Source of the DNA: Dudresnaya verticillata
Taxonomy: Eukaryota
Length of the DNA: 64,000 nucleotides
Assembly (NCBI GenBank): GCA_977862235.1
Contig: OZ374565.1
Coordinates: 558,001 to 622,000 of the forward strand
Reading direction: 5' to 3'
Below, piece after piece: positions 12,946-25,401 of the stretch. The stretch's first letter is position 1. Each line of letters begins with the position of its first letter. Position numbers and translations under genes: made by a program. The notes beneath the pieces are model-generated. The model was not told the DNA's origin, searched no databases, and was given only the letters and a program-made list of their open reading frames with translations.

Positions 12946-13344
12946 GTGGTCTCCCGACCTAGAACAAGTTCTCAGGATCGGACCCTTTTTCTACATTACC
13001 CTCGCCGGGCCAAATCAAGAGATTCAAGACAGGACGTAACGTCCGTTGAAGTCCCAAGACTTGGAACATCGGAGGGTAAAACCCTAGTCGTCTAATTGTC
13101 GACGGTTTCTACGCTTTACATCAAGCTCCGGAGTGACGTCAAATCTTGTGAGCAAGCAAGCTACATTTAACGGTTTTAAAACCGTCCCAGAAGTGTCCCT
13201 AAACGGCGGATCGACGCCCGGGTTGAGCCCGCTTCAACAAATTTTCCCTGCAACCTGCGAAAACACGTGTAATCCTACGGTTCTGACCGTCGAGAAGCCT
13301 GGGAAGAAGTCCCCGCTACCTCATCGGCAGAGCCGAGAACAATA

Positions 13345-16065
13345 GTGGCAATAATGCCCACTTCTACTGGCGACACTAGCCGGCCCGGACTATCGAGCCG
13401 GGGAGCAAGCCGTACAGGTAGTATTGCCTCCGCGAGAACTACGGGAGTTCGCACCCGTGCGACCACCACCGCTCGCGCAGTAAGCACCCTAACAGGTGGT
13501 CCGGGACGCCCGCTTCAAATAACGGGCGCCCTGGCCGGAGGAGAAGTCCCTAGCCCAAGTGGGGACCAGGTACCAGAAGGAGAGAACACGGGTCGAACCG
13601 CAAGAGGAGTCCCCGGTGACATCGGGGAGAATGAGGGTTCGAACCCTGGAACGTTGCCGCCGTCAATGGCCTTAGCCAGTGTGCAAGCCGAGGGCGGACC
13701 GGCCCTAGAAGAAGAAGTTTTGGCGCCCCCGGTCGTGGGGATGCCGACAAAAACGAAGTACAATTCGTCAGACGTCTGATGTTTCATCGCAAGAGAAATC
13801 GGACGAATGGTCGAGTTGGGAATCGAGCGTTCCTTGACGACAAGTGTCGTGGCGCTCCTGGAAAGTCAAGCCGACGACACCTTTGTAAAGGTCAAGAGAT
13901 ATATCGACGAGGCGTCGGCGCGCCGTGACGACCGTCTTTTGGCTAAGTGCCAACAGGAGATGGAATCTCGATTCTGGCAAGGTCCTCTTAGAGGATTAGA
14001 AGAAGAGAGGGTCGAAACCCTGCAAGCGCAAATGGATTCGCTAGGTGACCAATTGGACGCCGTCCATGGAAACCTCCATACGCTTACCAAGGTCACCGAC
14101 CTAACTGGAGAAGAAGCCGTATTGGCTATTGAAGACGTTCGACGAAACGTAGACGACACCACGTGTGTCGAACAAGACAGAGCTATTGAGCTCCTGAGAC
14201 AGGAGCTTGAAGCTGAAAAGCGGAAGGTAACGTTGCTGGAAGCAAAGATGCGACGACTCAGTCGCGAGAGGGATTTAATCCCTGAGGTCGAGCGGCGACG
14301 CTCCCCCGTACCCCGTGGCACTCGGGACCGTCGCCGGACGTCTCCAAGACGTGACCCGGACGGGGAGTCAGGAAAAGACGACTTTAGTCGTAGGAAGTCC
14401 ACGCACCCCCGGTGTGACTGCCGATCATCGCACGGTCCCATTGTATATCGTAATACACGGGACTCCCGTCAAGACCGGCTTTCAAGCCGCAATGATGAGG
14501 GGCAGCGTCGAAACGCCTCATACCCAGCGCCGATGCCTTCGGATGAGGACGAGCCGACGTCACGGGGTCTTTCAAGACCCTCCCGGAGCTCCTAGCGAGG
14601 ACAGCGTCGAGCGGGAATTAAGGAGTTAACTCCACGAAACCCGGCGTTGATACAGGTACTTTCTTATCGGAGATACCAATTATTGAATGTCTATTCGTAT
14701 CGTGGGCCCGAGGTAGCGGAAGCCACCTCGAAAAGATCAAGCGGATTAAATCCGTAATGAGAAGTCGGCGATTCGATGGGAGGGACCCAGTCTCCATCAT
14801 TGGCTTTCTAGCCACCTTGAAGAGACAGTTGGACCAAGCCCAAGTGAGCGAAGGAGCGGCCATCCTGGTCATACATGAATTCCTTGAAAAGGACGCGAAG
14901 GACATGTTCGAAGCAAATTTCGACGCGGCTGGCGACGAACAATGGCGGATTCAATGAGTGGACCGAGGCCATAAATTACTTCTTGCGGACTTACGCCAAA
15001 GACGTTTACATCGAAAAGAGTTCTTCTGAAATGGATACGATGACCCAAGGGTCAGAGGAAGACGAGGTCTCTTTTTCAAGACGTCTACAGAATAAGGCGC
15101 GAAAGGTCGCGGGGGTATACTCGGAACAAGACTTCACAACGCGTTTTATACGCGGGCTTCTACCAGCGGTGAAACCGCTTCTAAGTACGTCCACTCTGGA
15201 CCCGCGCTCCGCGCGACTAGCCGACTATGTCGAGTTAGCGACAGCTCAGGGAGATTCGCACCGCGCCCTTGCGGGTGGTGCTCGTCTCAAGAAGGCGAGC
15301 TCCTCGTTACCTCGCAAAACCCTGGCACGGGTCAAGACACACAAGTCTGGAAGAGCGCTCCTCATTCGGCAAAATAGGACTCAACAGTCCTCAGACACCG
15401 ATTCCTCGAAGAGCAGCAGTTCTGAGGCCGACAGTGAGGATGCAGTGGTTGCAGCCATTGATCACGAAGCGCCTCCGTCCAGCGTAACCCAATCAGACTC
15501 GTGGTCTGCCGCGTTGAGTGACCACCCATACCATGGCGATGTGGACGCAGTCCTTCAGAACTACAACCCCAGGATGCCTGCGTGGGCTCAGCCCACAAGG
15601 ACACAGCGCCCCGGTTGGGTGGCTGTCGAAGACAGGCCAAATGAAATATGCTTCGAGTGTCTCGGCGTGGGCCACAAAAAGCCGAATTGCCCATATCTGG
15701 CTCGTACAGATGAACCGTCATTTGAGGTACTAGAACGCCAGCAGTTTTATCAGCTGGCTCGCGAACAGAAGGCATGGCTAGCCACCATAGGGCGACTACC
15801 TGATTTCGCCCCGGGGAATACCCGTCGGGAGCAACCCGATTATGCGTCTTCAGGACGTGGAGCAGGGCCATCGAGGGGGCCTCCTCAAAATTTGGTGTCT
15901 GCCCCAAGCCGAAATGGCCATGTCCAATTTCAAGGGGGATTGAATCATCCAGTGGACACTCCGAAACATACGCCGACGGCGCCACGGTCGCCAAGACCTG
16001 GCTCCAGAAGCCTTCCGCCGACTCCACCGCTCCCGCAGTCGCCTGCTAGTAGGCCGAAAAACTAG
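13345..16065 (+). pseudogene. gag: Gypsy gag (frameshifted; coiled coil, capsid-like region, CCHC knuckle)
   Basis: ORFs 13345, 13807, 14757 and 14875; FDGRDPVSIIGFL; QGSEEDEVSFSRRL; FIRGL; CFECLGVGHKKPNC. Confidence 0.85.
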
Positions 16066-16272
16066 CTAGGGGGGAACCGGTTTCGGTCCACTGGGCAGCT
16101 CCAGTCGTATTGGAACCCCCCGATCGCTCCGAGGAATGTCCTTTCCTATGTCCTCCCTCACCCGAACGATCGGTCTCGCAGGAACTCCCGCTTCCGCTTC
16201 CAAAGAAGGTTTTAGCACGCCCCGTGGGCTTACCCCCCGGGGTGCAAGTATGATGAGCACATTCAGGACCCC

Positions 16273-19200
16273 GTGTGCGCGCTATCGAGATACAACTATA
16301 AAGTTATCGCGTCCGTTGGGACCTCTGTTGAAAACATGACTCAAGTACTTTCCGTTCTGGACACGGGCGCGGGCCCCAATCTCATCAGAGCTGACGTGCT
16401 CTCTTTGAACGACCGTAAGAAGGTTTCCTCGACCCAGTCGATCGTCAACCTCACCTCTGCATCAAGCCACCGCTTACCAACATTAGGAATGCTCTACCTC
16501 GTCGTCAGGGTTGGAATCTACACGGTCCGTCAACCCTTCGTCGTGGTTTCGGCGCTAGCCGTCGATATTATTCTAGGATGCACCTATATCGATAGCCACG
16601 TCGAACAACTTCGAGTGCGTAAGCAACACGTAGTCTTACGTGACGGTTTGGTACATCCCATTCTACGACGAAGATGCGGAATCCCGAGAGCCACACGCTC
16701 TGGCGAGCCCATGGAGGTCCCTCCACTAACTACGTCGCGCCTTGTGCGCGTTGCTCAAAAAACTAACTTACAGCCCGGTTCTGAAACCTGGGTCGCGGTT
16801 TCCTGCCCCGCCAAAGGAACCCACTTCTTGCATTCCTTCCAACGCCTCTACGACTGGCAGCAAGTGGTCGTCACGAATGGAATCGTCAAGATACAAGAGA
16901 ACGTTCTCTTCCGGGTTAAGATCGCTAACTTCTCTCCCCGAGTGCAACGGTTAACCAAGAACCAAGTTATTGGTCGCGCCGTTCCCGCTCCGACGGCCGC
17001 ACCGGTTTATACTCTTTCCATCGACGATGTCCCCGACAATCCGGACCCGAAGCCGCAGGACTCGAGTCCCCCTGCCGATACATCGTTCGATGTAGGGGGC
17101 AGGGCTAGCTGCTGCTCTTGGCGCGGCCAACTCGAAAGTAGGCGTCAAAACCGCCACTGAGAAGCTCACAGTCGACGACTCGGAATTGGAACACCTATCC
17201 CCGTCTGACAGACGCCGCGTTCGCAAAATGTTGCGTCCGTTCGCCGACATGTGGAACGGGAAATTAGGAACCATCAAGGTCACGGAGCATCGTATTGAGC
17301 TCGCAGAAGGTTCCAAACCTGTATTCGCACAACCCTATCGTTCAGGGCCGAAAGCGCGACAAGCGGAGCAGGACGAGGTCGATAATATGCTCAGGGAAGG
17401 AGTCATAGAGCCAGCACGCTCTGAATTCGCAAGTCCAGTGGTACTGGTTAAGAATCCTGACGGATCCCTCCGGTTCTGTGTCGATTACAGGAAACTGAAC
17501 GCGATTACCATCAAGGATTTTTATCCTCTACCGCGCATAGATGAGCGCTTGGACTCGTTGGGCGACGCCCACACACCAGTATTTCACCACCCTCGATTGC
17601 AATTCGGGTTACTGGCAAGTACCAGTTGCGGCTGAAGATAAGCCCAAGACAGCTTTCACCTGTCATGCTGGTTGCTTTCAGTTCTGCCGAATGCCGTTCG
17701 GACTGTGCAACGCACCTGCGACGTTTCAACGAACGGCTGATATTCTATTATCGGGATACAGATGGAAATCCTGCCTCGTCTATTTGGATGATATCATAGT
17801 CTTTTCCAAGAGTGTCGACGAACACATAGGCCACGTTCAAGAGATACTCTCCGTATTGAGGCAAGCAGGCGTATCGCTCAAGCTCAAGAAATGTAATTTC
17901 TTCACAAAGAGTGTGGACTACCTCGGACATGTGATCCGACCAGGGCTGCTAGAGGTGGCTACCAAAAACACCCAAGCTATCAAAGGTTTCAAGGAGCCTA
18001 CGACTCAGACACAACTAAGGTCGTTTATTGGATTGTGTAACGTCTATAGACGCTTCGTATCGAATTTCGCTAGGGTCGCGTCTCCGCTTAATAGGCTTCT
18101 ACAGAAGGATGTTGGGTTCAACTTACCCCCGTTTGATGAACGGCAACGCGACGCCTTCGCCCTGTTGAAGAAGGCACTCATAGCGCCACCGATCCTCCGG
18201 CTTCCTAAGGAAGATAGACCTCTCTCGGTAGATACCGACGCGTGTGATTATCAGATAGGGTGTGCCCTTATGCAGATGAAGCCAGATGGCACACGCCACC
18301 CGATCGGTTTCTGGAGCCGAGGCCTTACCCAGGCTGAGCGGAATTATTCCTTTGGAGAAAAGAAGTGTCTCGCTGTAGTCTGGGCCACAAAAATGCTCAG
18401 ACCGTATTTGGAAAGGTCGCACTTTGACCTCTATACCGACCACCAAGCGCTCAACTGGATGATCAGTATGACTGACGCATCAGGTCGTCTAGCGCGCTGG
18501 CGCTTGCGACTCTTGGAGTACGACTTCACGGTTCAATACCGTAAAGGAAATAAGAACCAGATAGCAGACGCCGTCTCGCGACTGCCCACTAATGGATTCA
18601 CCTGTTGGGACCCGGACCTAGAGATCCCTTGCTTCATTATCGCCGACAGCGAGCGCGATGGCTTTCCCGATGGTCCTTCCGAAGTAAATGCTAGAGCCGA
18701 CACCGAGCCGCGACCTTTGGAGGTTTGGGAAATCGAACCCGAGGACCAATTAGCCGAGTTTGAATTCGAGGATGAGCAGTTGATAGCCACGGTGGCTGAA
18801 AAGGAAGTGGACGAGAACAGTCTATCTCTTATTACGGTGGAAGAACTACTTCGCACGCTTTTGACAGATCCATTCTGCAACGGTATTAAGCTGGCCATCG
18901 AGACTGGAAAGCCAGGCTGTTACCTCGAAGACGAAAGGGGACTTTTAGTCCGACGGTCTTATATCGACAAAAATTTGCAGGTAGTGATACCTCGGGTCCT
19001 TCAAGAACGGGTTCTACATCTGGCGCACTATCCCGAGATGGCAGGCCATCCCGGTGGCACCAGAATGTATCATAACTTGTGCCGACAGGTCTATTGGCCT
19101 GGTATGGCTCTCGCAGTATACGCGACCGTTCGAAATTGTGTCAAATGCGCTCGGGAACGAGTCCAATTACGGCAACATGCTTCGCAGATGAAGCTGTTCC

Positions 19201-20643
19201 CGGCTACGATGCCGTTAGAATTCGTGGGGCTTGACATCCTAGGGCCGCTACCCCGATCGAGAAAAGGTAACGAGTACGTTCTCGTAATAACCGATCGCTT
19301 CTCAAAGCTCACTAGGGCTGTCCCATTGAAAACGGTAACGGCTTACACCGTGGCAAGGGCGTTCTGCGAACATTGGGTATACACGTACGGGCCTCCCCGC
19401 TATGTTTTGTTGGACAACGGTCCGCAGTTCGCATCGAAGTTTTTCATAGCCGTCTGTGGCATACTTCGGATCAGGAATCTGTTCACGTCTACTTACCATC
19501 CACAGACGAATGGACAAACCGAGAGGTTTAATAGAACCTTGTTGGCTGGGCTGAGACACTTCATATCCGATGACCAGAAGGATTGGGATGAATTCACGTC
19601 GGCTTTGACGTACGCGTATAACACGACCGTTCACCGCGGGACCGGTCTCGCGCCCGTCAATTTGGTTTTATCTAACCCTCCCGCGTCCATTCTAATGGGA
19701 AGAGCCGAGACAGTAGACGTTGAAAACGTTCAAGCATCTAACGTGAAGAAACGGCTGACTACCCGGCTCGGAAGCTGATGGATACAGCGCTACCACGCCT
19801 GCGGATGGCCCAGCGACGATATGAAGTTAAATTCAACAATTTTATGCGGTTGACTAACCAAAACGTACGCCCAGGCCAATGGGTATTGCTCGAAAGAGAA
19901 ACGAAGGTGAAAGACGCCAAAGGCGTGCCTCGAGAAGGGAAATTGTTTCCAAAAGCGCTAGGCCCCTTTAAGGTGTTCGAACGAGGAACAAACACAGTCG
20001 TGCTACAAAAAGCTGGCGAAAAAGAGTTGGTCTCTCTGGATCGTGTAACACTGGCCCCATCACCAAACGATGATTTCGGCGCTATTGGGCAAGTGCCCCC
20101 TATCGTGGAATCTGGGCCTGACGACGCGGAACCAGCAGACCCACCCTCGAGGGCAACGCCCCCGAATACCAGTGATGTTGAAAGGGCACAGGATCAACCC
20201 GGCAGTGAGCTGTTAGAAACGGTCGTCGAGGCCGCAGATGCGCCGACTGTCTCGCCCCCACGGCGAGAGACCGATAATATCGATAACGACGCTGGCCCGG
20301 TTTCCATAACCGCACCCGCTCGTGAGGTTCTCATACCGCCTGAGTTAGGCGATCGCACGGCAAGGGTATCCAGGGACAATAGTCCTCCTCGACCTGTTGC
20401 CGGCCAGCTGTTACAGAAGCCGACGAGATGGGTCCCCGCCGTAAGTTCTCACGCTTCAAGAAAGCTCCCCCTCGGGAGTATGTTTAGGACAAGTTAGTCG
20501 GATACGACGCTGAGTCGGAAATGTACAAGGTACGCTGGTACCAGTGCCCTGCCCCGCAGGATACGTGGGAACCACGACGGCATCTCCCGGATAACTTAGT
20601 CAAGCGGTATCACCGTAAGAATGGAATCCCCCTTCCCGCCTAA
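16273..20643 (+). pseudogene. pol: Gypsy pol: protease, RT, RNase H, integrase, chromodomain (several frameshifts)
   Basis: LDTGAG (PR); LRFCVDYRKLN, MPFGLCNAPATFQ, YLDDII (RT); TDACDYQIG, ADAVSRL (RH); HHCC, DILGPLP, DNGPQF, NGQTERFN (IN); GPF motif; YKVRWYQCPAPQDTWEP chromodomain at ~20477-20643. Confidence 0.97.
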
Positions 20644-20833
20644 CAACTGGGATACCAGCCTGTATATCAGCCTGTGGTCAGATGGAAACCCTGTTTCATG
20701 TGAGAGGCTCACCTATTTATCAGTGGCTGATTCCAATGGCGTATGTTCTCCCCCTCCCTCTGGGTAAAAGGGGCTAGTGGTAGTGTAACACAAGACCGAT
20801 GTCTTAGAGAAAGTTGCGCCAATGCGATGTATA

Positions 20834-20947
20834 ATATGGAAGGTTCAAGACCTATGGGTAGACGAAATGGATAGAAGATATGGAAGGTTCAAGACCTTGG
20901 ATAGATGAAATGGATAGATTATATGGAAGGTTCAAGACCTTGGATAA
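20834..20947. repeat. ~43-bp tandem repeat, ~2.6 copies, downstream of pol
   Basis: ATATGGAAGGTTCAAGACCT at 20834, 20878 and 20921. Confidence 0.9.
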
Positions 20948-21808
20948 AGTGTAGGAAATGGTGGAAACCATAGGGCACGAGCTCTGGGACGTTGCAACGT
21001 GACATGTCACTAACGCGGAAGAAGCAACCTCAGGCTTAGAGCCTCTCCTGGGGTAGCGAAAGTGCATGCCCTAATAACATCGATCACGGAACAGTTAGAT
21101 CCCTATGGGCGCTGTATCGCACGCGATAATAATCGCCTCTAACAGGTGTCTTCGCAACAGAGCACGAATCGCCCAGACAACCTCCTGGTTTATAAGCCAT
21201 GACTCCTTCCATCACACACGGCGTCAACACAAACACGACGTCAACGTCTTTTTGGAGGTCTCATGACCTATGACTCCCCCGGCGCCGCTCGCCCCCGCGC
21301 TAAAAATGGAAGGAAGGAGGATAGGGTCAGGAAGAAGGGAGCGCAACTACCCCTCTCCCTAGAAAGAAGGGTCTCACCCTGAATAGGCTCCGACTAACCA
21401 GAACGGCAGGCGTTGGCGCCAAATAGAGTTCAACTCTACAGTGTGAGCCACCCCTACTGTGGAGTGACTCCTTCTGAGATGGCAGCCCCTTATTGGCAAT
21501 TCCCCAGGGAAGAGGTGGATTGCACGACGAATCAAAATTCGTGGAAGAAATATCCGCGGCACGGAGCCCCTACAGTGGCACCAGACTACAGTGGCTCCTC
21601 CAAGGAGTATGACGCGCACTTGCGTCATGGTGCCGAGCATACAGAACGCTCAGTGGGCTAAGTTAATAACAAGTCGGCTCCAAGCCGAAGGTGATTCAAC
21701 AAGAAGAATTGCTTTACGTTAGCGGATAAGCCGCTCTTGCCCAAGTAAGGCGGATTACGGGACGGGCGCCTAAGGCGCATAAGGGAGCAAGGTGATTGAG
21801 CAAAGAAC

Positions 21809-24049
21809 TTAATCAGACAATAGGTCGATGACTTCTTCCTCCTCAAGCGGAGGGTTAGGCTGCGGAGCCGAGTGGGATACCACTACGCGACGGACCTCAC
21901 GCACTATGTGGCGCCCTCGACCAAGTCGACGACTACCACGTTCGCGACGCGATGACATATTGTTATCACCACGGCTTCCAGCCGTCGGACGCTCGATTTC
22001 CATCGCATCGACGCCCTGCGCAGTCGCGGAGACGTCGGGCTCCACTTCGTCCTCTTCTTTGAGGACTAATTCCGTTTTGACAGCCACGTCGTCGCGGCCA
22101 GCAGGAGTCATCTCCTTGGAGGGTGGAGCCGGTTCCGGCAACCGAGTCAATATGGGCCGTGAGCCCTCTGCCCCTGTCCCATCGTTCTTCGACCCAGGAT
22201 TCGGCGCGTGAGTGCTAACGGATAATTTGGCTTGAGAGCCAGTACGTGGGCAATCCTCACCGAGAAGCTCCCCCGAAGGGGCAAAGCCGGCTAAAGCCGT
22301 TGTAGGACTTGGGGCCGCCATAGCTGGGGCTGCAGGTACGTTACCTTTAATTGTCCCGCTGGGCTTCGAAGCCGCCTCACAGCCCTTATCCATCGTCGTG
22401 GCCGACTCCTCCCGTGGCATCATAGCCATATCTTCGTTCGTATGAGCACGAGGGCCCAACGTGTCGACGCTCGTCGCTTCCTTCTTGACGGGAAGGGTCC
22501 CAATATGACCCACCCCACGACGTGGAGTCGCCTCGGACTTTGAAGAACGACCACGAAATGGGGTGTTGGACTGGAAAAACGCTCGGAGACGTTCCATCTG
22601 ATCCACAGGATTCGGGGTCCTTATCCACTCGCACTCGTAGTCGACCATGACTTCCTCCACCCAGTCAGCAAGACTGTGGATGTTCAAGTGGCGGAACTCC
22701 CACTGGGCAAAAAGGCGGATAACCAGCCCACGGCGGTTAAAAACGTCCCGGTTGACCTGATCCGCCTTAGCATAAGCTGACGCCGTTGGGGCATGAGGAC
22801 CTTGAGCCTGACCGTCAACGGTGTTGTCGAAAAGAGGAACGTCCTCAGGATTCTCGCTTCCTGGCTCTCGCCACTTGGCGCTGACCCATCCGACGGTGAA
22901 ACCGGTCATACGAATACCTTCGTCTAAGACCAGAGGATTCTCCTCAGATGGCTCGGGCTGGACCATATACTCGGGCAATACAGGATGCCCCTTGACTGGA
23001 TCAAAGTCGACCCAGTCCCCGCGGTTGAAAACCGGTGTAAGATGTCCTGTATTTTCGGGAAAATGCCGATTGCGCTTGGAGATCTGACTCCACTGAAGCC
23101 GCTCGACGAAGCACAAAAGGGCTTCCAAGTCCTCGGCATCGGAATCGTCCGCACACAATCCAGCTGGACCCAGAGCCCTAATTGCAACCCGAAGGGGTTG
23201 GGAAATGAATAATAGCAGCCCACGGAGAGCTTCGTAGACTAATGTCTGAGCCACAAGCACGATCCATTCGTGACGAGAGATGCTCCATAGCACGCTGTCG
23301 TCCATGGCCTTTGCCATCATCTCCAGGCTGAGATAAGCAATGATGGTAGGCACCCCTACCGGCATGGAATAAGAGACCTCATAATTCGTATGGTCATCCG
23401 GGACTTGTGGGTACTTCCCATTATAGAACTCCGGCTTGAGAGCCGAAACCTCCTGACAATGGCAGGGCACTAGACAACCCGTCTTATGATGTTGACGCCG
23501 CTTGAAGCGAGTGTGTTCTAACGGCTTCGCAGTCTGGGGATTATCCAGAGCATACTTCAAATTGGAAGACTCGTCCCACCGCACGACGCGGGCGAGGGTA
23601 TATGGGAAGTTATCCCTCCCGACCCGAATAAGTGGTCGTTGGTGCATTACCATGCGGAGGTCCCAGTCGCCCCTTTGATGGATCTTTTCCAGTATGTTGG
23701 CTTCCGACGCGAGCTTCCGAGCTATCGTGTTGCTCCAGAGCACTTCGTGCCGAAACCGGACATATGCGAGGTCCCACTGTAGGGAGCTGGCCTCGCCTTC
23801 GAGTCGAGGAAGGAACCGTTTCATCCCCGTAAGGGTACTCACCCTAGCCCGCATGAGGGTATTCCATACTCGGCTTTGAGCCACTCGGCTGCCGCGCCGG
23901 CGAATCTCTTCGCGACTGGCCCCCGCGCACCTTGAGGTGCGCAAGGTCGGTACGCAAGAGCCATTCGCGGCTCTGGGAGACAGCCAACGGCACTCCAGCC
24001 GCATCCACTTCGTGGCCCAAAACATTGGCACTCGCGCCAGCGATCCCAA
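21809..24049 (-). CDS. Antisense accessory ORF of unknown function inside the Gypsy 3' region
   Basis: 746-codon open frame between pol and the PPT/LTR; globular-looking core, low-complexity C-terminus ending EEEVIDLLSD; true start uncertain. Confidence 0.65.
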   Translation of the reverse strand: MGSLARVPMFWATKWMRLECRWLSPRAANGSCVPTLRTSRCAGASREEIRRRGSRVAQSRVWNTLMRARVSTLTGMKRFLPRLEGEASSLQWDLAYVRFRHEVLWSNTIARKLASEANILEKIHQRGDWDLRMVMHQRPLIRVGRDNFPYTLARVVRWDESSNLKYALDNPQTAKPLEHTRFKRRQHHKTGCLVPCHCQEVSALKPEFYNGKYPQVPDDHTNYEVSYSMPVGVPTIIAYLSLEMMAKAMDDSVLWSISRHEWIVLVAQTLVYEALRGLLLFISQPLRVAIRALGPAGLCADDSDAEDLEALLCFVERLQWSQISKRNRHFPENTGHLTPVFNRGDWVDFDPVKGHPVLPEYMVQPEPSEENPLVLDEGIRMTGFTVGWVSAKWREPGSENPEDVPLFDNTVDGQAQGPHAPTASAYAKADQVNRDVFNRRGLVIRLFAQWEFRHLNIHSLADWVEEVMVDYECEWIRTPNPVDQMERLRAFFQSNTPFRGRSSKSEATPRRGVGHIGTLPVKKEATSVDTLGPRAHTNEDMAMMPREESATTMDKGCEAASKPSGTIKGNVPAAPAMAAPSPTTALAGFAPSGELLGEDCPRTGSQAKLSVSTHAPNPGSKNDGTGAEGSRPILTRLPEPAPPSKEMTPAGRDDVAVKTELVLKEEDEVEPDVSATAQGVDAMEIERPTAGSRGDNNMSSRRERGSRRLGRGRHIVREVRRVVVSHSAPQPNPPLEEEEVIDLLSD

Positions 24050-24531
24050 AGGCCAAACGAGGCGGTGCCATCCGAACGGCGTACAGGGATGAGGATGCCC
24101 CTAATACGACCAAGCCGTCTCTTCTTTAGGTAGGAAGCCGATCGCGGGCGGCGCCCCTACCCCCTCGGTAGGGGCGCCACCCGCGATCGGCTCGCGTGAC
24201 TCCATCGCCGCGTCGACTCTGGCGATGGGGGGAGGAAGTTGAGAGCGTTGAATCTTGGAGCGTATCGCACTGGTCGACAGGCAGCTGTACGCGTGGGGGG
24301 AGTGTTGGTGGTCGTGGTGAGCGATGACCAGACCACCCCCCCTCGGAGCCGCAGAGGCGGCTCCCTAAATAGCCCGTCGCGGCTCAGCGCGGGCACACCC
24401 GACGTGGCATCGACGCCCGTCACCGACGGACGCCCGGGGGCCCGCGATCCAATCCCGGGCGCCGTCTTGGCCACCCCACAGCGTGCGCGTCGTAACGGTC
24501 GCGACCGAGGCGTTCGCGCTTGAGGGGGGTT

Positions 24532-25401
24532 TGTGTGGCATAGCTGTAAGACCAGCTGTGCCACACACGCGCAGCTGTAAGACCAGCTGTGCCACACACG
24601 CGCAGCTGTAAGACCAGCTGCACCACGTGTGCACTGCTGTGCGCACGCTGTCAGCCGGTGGCGCCGAAGCCCCGCTGAACTGTAAGGAAGTGCGCAGTGG
24701 CGCCCGCGCGTGCACGTGTACGCGTGTGACACTGAAACGCCCATGTAATTTCTACGTTTATTGGTTTGTAGTGTACAGCACCATCTAGTGTAAGCGGCGG
24801 TCGAACGCCCTGCTGTCCTGCGCGCCGTGCGCCACACTCCGCCGCAGAGCTGTTGAGTGCGTGACACGCGCGCGCGCACTCCGGCGTCGAGCCGTTGAGT
24901 ACGTGCGGACCGTTTCGCCCACGCGCGCCCCCGGGTTACCGTTAGTCGTACGCGTCGACGCGTGTTGGGGCGCGCCGGCGCACCTCCCGGGTTGGTGCCG
25001 CCCCAGGCCCTGTAGTATATCTAGTAGTCGCCACTCTGGGCTTCAGTAAACCAGGCAAGCCAGCCTACGTCAGGCTTTCCCTTTCTGCTTTCGGTTTCTT
25101 TCCCAGTCCTTCGCCCTACGGCTTCCCTCTTTCCCTGGCCTTCTAGGCTTTCCTTTTCCTTTCCCTACCGTCGGCTTCATGCCGCCCCATGACGGGGACG
25201 CAGGGATCCGGCCGCTGCCGCCCGCGTACGGTACGCCCCGTGCGCGCTCAAGCTTCGACGCCGTTGATCCGGGACCGTCGACGGCGTGCGCGGCCGACAC
25301 AACCGCTCTACCACCACCGCTACCACCCTTCGACGGGTCTGGGTGCGACTACGAGACCAGCCGCGCTAGACGTCAGTTCGACCTGACGTCTATGCCACAC
25401 A
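24532..25401 (+). repeat. Gypsy 3' LTR with an internal 31-bp tandem repeat
   Basis: Follows the PPT; 12-bp terminal inverted repeat TGTGTGGCATAG...CTATGCCACACA; unit AGCTGTAAGACCAGCTGTGCCACACACGCGC x~2.5 at 24542-24620. Confidence 0.85.

Larger units (their letters stand above)
12246..25401 (+). mobile_element. Chromodomain-bearing Ty3/Gypsy LTR retrotransposon, degenerate and probably nested or chimeric
   Basis: Order gag-PR-RT-RH-IN-chromo, then antisense ORF, PPT (GAGGGGGG at 24522) and LTR. Confidence 0.85.

Noticed and set aside
13866..19634. Minus-strand ORFs overlapping Gypsy gag/pol, and similar shadow ORFs over the Copia, CRE and DIRS elements
   Set aside because: Shadow frames of GC-rich coding sequence with no independent motifs
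20834..20947. CRISPR-like repeat-spacer appearance
   Set aside because: The intervening sequences resemble each other, so it is a tandem repeat; eukaryotic retroelement context; no cas genes
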